The position numbers and the translations under genes were made by a program. From assembly GCA_050298595.1 (NCBI GenBank), contig JBNKUM010000024.1, forward strand, positions 1 through 64,000: 64,000 nt of DNA, written 5' to 3'. The DNA comes from Gammaproteobacteria bacterium. GTDB lineage: Bacteria; Pseudomonadota; Gammaproteobacteria; GCA-001735895. Below the pieces are notes generated by a model. It ran no database searches and was not told the DNA's origin. It saw only the letters and a list, made by a program, of their open reading frames with translations. Positions 62,214-64,000 of this stretch are shown piece by piece; position 1 is the stretch's first letter, and each line of letters begins with the position of its first letter.

Positions 62214-64000
62214 GTGCTGACTAAAATCACTCTCAAAATTTTTAAATTATTTTTCCTGTCTAGTCTGCTATTTACGATAAGTAACGCGCAAGCTCAGGAA
62301 AAAGAAAATCTACGCCCCGTCACACTGCAACTGCTGTGGAAGCATCAATTTGAATTCGCCGGTTTTTACGCCGCCAAAGCTAAAGGCTTTTATCAGGCAG
62401 CAGGACTGGATGTAAGAATCCTGCCCTTCAACCCGGATGACAAGCCCCCTGTAGAAAAAGTTATTAGCGGTGAAGCAGATTTTGCCGTTGGTGACTCGAC
62501 CATCATCATTAATCGAGCAAAGGGTTATCCGGTAAAACTTCTGGCAAATATATTCCAGCACAGTCCCTACGTATTAATCACGCTTGCTGATTCTGGCATT
62601 AGTTCGCCCGCACAAATGGTGGGTAAGAAAATCATGCTAGCTAAACGCGAAGAAATCAATGCAGAAATAAAGTCGATGCTGGCAGCAGAATCAATAAGCC
62701 TTGATCAAATACAGGTTGTTGAACATACCTCCAGAGTCGATCAACTGGTGAATGGCGAGGTGGATATCATGTCGGCCTATGCATCCAATGAACCCGCATT
62801 ACTCAAGCAAATGGGCATTAAAATTAACATCATCAACCCGCTAAACTATGGCGTCGACTTCTATAGCGATAATATCTACACCAGCGAAGAAAAAGAACAA
62901 AATGATCGCCCGATGGTAGATGCTTTTACCCAGGCAAGCATTAAAGGTTGGCAGTATGCTTTGCAAAACAGAAACGAAATTATAGACCTGATTATTAATC
63001 AGTACTCTCAGGAAAAATCTCGAGAAACTCTACAATACGAAGCTGATGCCATCGAGAAATATATACTACCCAACCATATTCCAATAGGTGACATCAAAGT
63101 AAACCGCCTACAGAGAATCGCCGACAGCTATAAAAATCTTGGCATGATACCAAAGGAATTTTCTATTAAAGGCTTATTTTCCGATACTGCACAGGCTAGC
63201 CACGAACTTAAACTGAGCCTGAACGAACAGCAATGGATCAGAAATAATAGAACCGTAATCATTGGTGTTGATCCAGACTGGGCGCCTTTTGAATTCATCG
63301 ATACTGATGGAAACTATTCTGGCATGGCATCAGATTTCATCAATCTCATTGCAAAGAAAACAGGCTTAAGCTTTAAGGTGCAGAGCAATGACACCTGGCT
63401 GGATGTCATAAATAGTGCCAAAGCAGGGAAACTGGATATGCTGCCTGCAGTCAGCTGGTCCGCACAAAGAAGCGAGTACCTGAATTTCACATCCCCACAT
63501 ATGATTTATCCAATGGTAATTCTTACTAATAAGGATAGTGATTTCATTGGTCACGATGACCTCGATAATAAAAGCGTTATTGTCGTAGATGGATACATCA
63601 CAGAGGAGTTATTGAGAGAAAACCACCCAGAAATAAATCTGATTGAAGCCAAAAATATAAACCAGGCTCTCGACATACTTTCTTCCAACAATGCCGATGC
63701 ATTCATCGATAACCTTGCCAGTATTACCCACTCAATAAATAAACGCGGGATCAATAACTTACGCATCTCGGGCACTACGCCTTACGATTTTGAACTGGGT
63801 TTAGCCGTCATTAAAGAAAAACCAGTGCTGTTTCATATACTACAAAAGACGATTAATTCAATCTCAGAACAGGAGCGCAAAGCCATCCGGGATAAATGGA
63901 TAAATTTGCGTACAGAATCACCCCTGCCGCTAAAAACAATTCTACAAATTGCAACCATTACGGCTGTATTTCTGCTCATGATGATTTTCTGGAACCGTAA
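62214..64000 (+). CDS. Membrane sensor protein N-terminus: NMT1/THI5-like binding domain + PBPb domain + TM (runs off window end)
   Basis: Not in the track. From GTG 62214: signal peptide, VTLQLLWKHQFEFAGFYAA, later IGVDPDWAPFEF, then hydrophobic ILQIATITAVFLLMMIFWNR. The output domain is outside the window. Confidence 0.85.
   Translation, partial: MLTKITLKIFKLFFLSSLLFTISNAQAQEKENLRPVTLQLLWKHQFEFAGFYAAKAKGFYQAAGLDVRILPFNPDDKPPVEKVISGEADFAVGDSTIIINRAKGYPVKLLANIFQHSPYVLITLADSGISSPAQMVGKKIMLAKREEINAEIKSMLAAESISLDQIQVVEHTSRVDQLVNGEVDIMSAYASNEPALLKQMGIKINIINPLNYGVDFYSDNIYTSEEKEQNDRPMVDAFTQASIKGWQYALQNRNEIIDLIINQYSQEKSRETLQYEADAIEKYILPNHIPIGDIKVNRLQRIADSYKNLGMIPKEFSIKGLFSDTAQASHELKLSLNEQQWIRNNRTVIIGVDPDWAPFEFIDTDGNYSGMASDFINLIAKKTGLSFKVQSNDTWLDVINSAKAGKLDMLPAVSWSAQRSEYLNFTSPHMIYPMVILTNKDSDFIGHDDLDNKSVIVVDGYITEELLRENHPEINLIEAKNINQALDILSSNNADAFIDNLASITHSINKRGINNLRISGTTPYDFELGLAVIKEKPVLFHILQKTINSISEQERKAIRDKWINLRTESPLPLKTILQIATITAVFLLMMIFWNR

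Overview
Core-genome window of a Gammaproteobacterium. The gene order (tRNA-Tyr/Gly/Thr-tuf-tRNA-Trp-secE-nusG-rplKAJL-rpoB; hisBHAFIE-tatABC; def-fmt-rsmB-ntrYX-trkAH; lysM-dprA-smg-topA-tsaC-hemF) is non-enteric, and a YeeE/YedE transporter hints at sulfur metabolism (inference). It holds about 62 CDS and 5 tRNAs. I saw no integrase, transposase, CRISPR array or prophage. Five signals are not explained by the ORF track. (1) An unannotated ~170-nt CsrB/RsmY-type sRNA at ~31002-31170 has 7 GGA motifs, a GacA/UvrY-like palindrome and a terminator. (2) A translationally coupled menA - BASS symporter - ubiE/menG cassette lies between two tRNA loci and looks like a menaquinone-precursor salvage system. 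(3) A WYL regulator is divergent from an HxHPW cupin-like gene, with an inverted repeat 10 bp upstream of the -10 box. (4) One ~70-bp multi-hairpin element is inserted at the same T-loop-like motif in two places: a nusG-rplK tandem repeat rich in GGA-loop hairpins, and a tRNA-Tyr-linked repeat. (5) An MMPL transporter is fused to a cNMP-binding domain and a degenerate GGDEF domain. All calls come from reading the sequence and recalling motifs; no searches were run.
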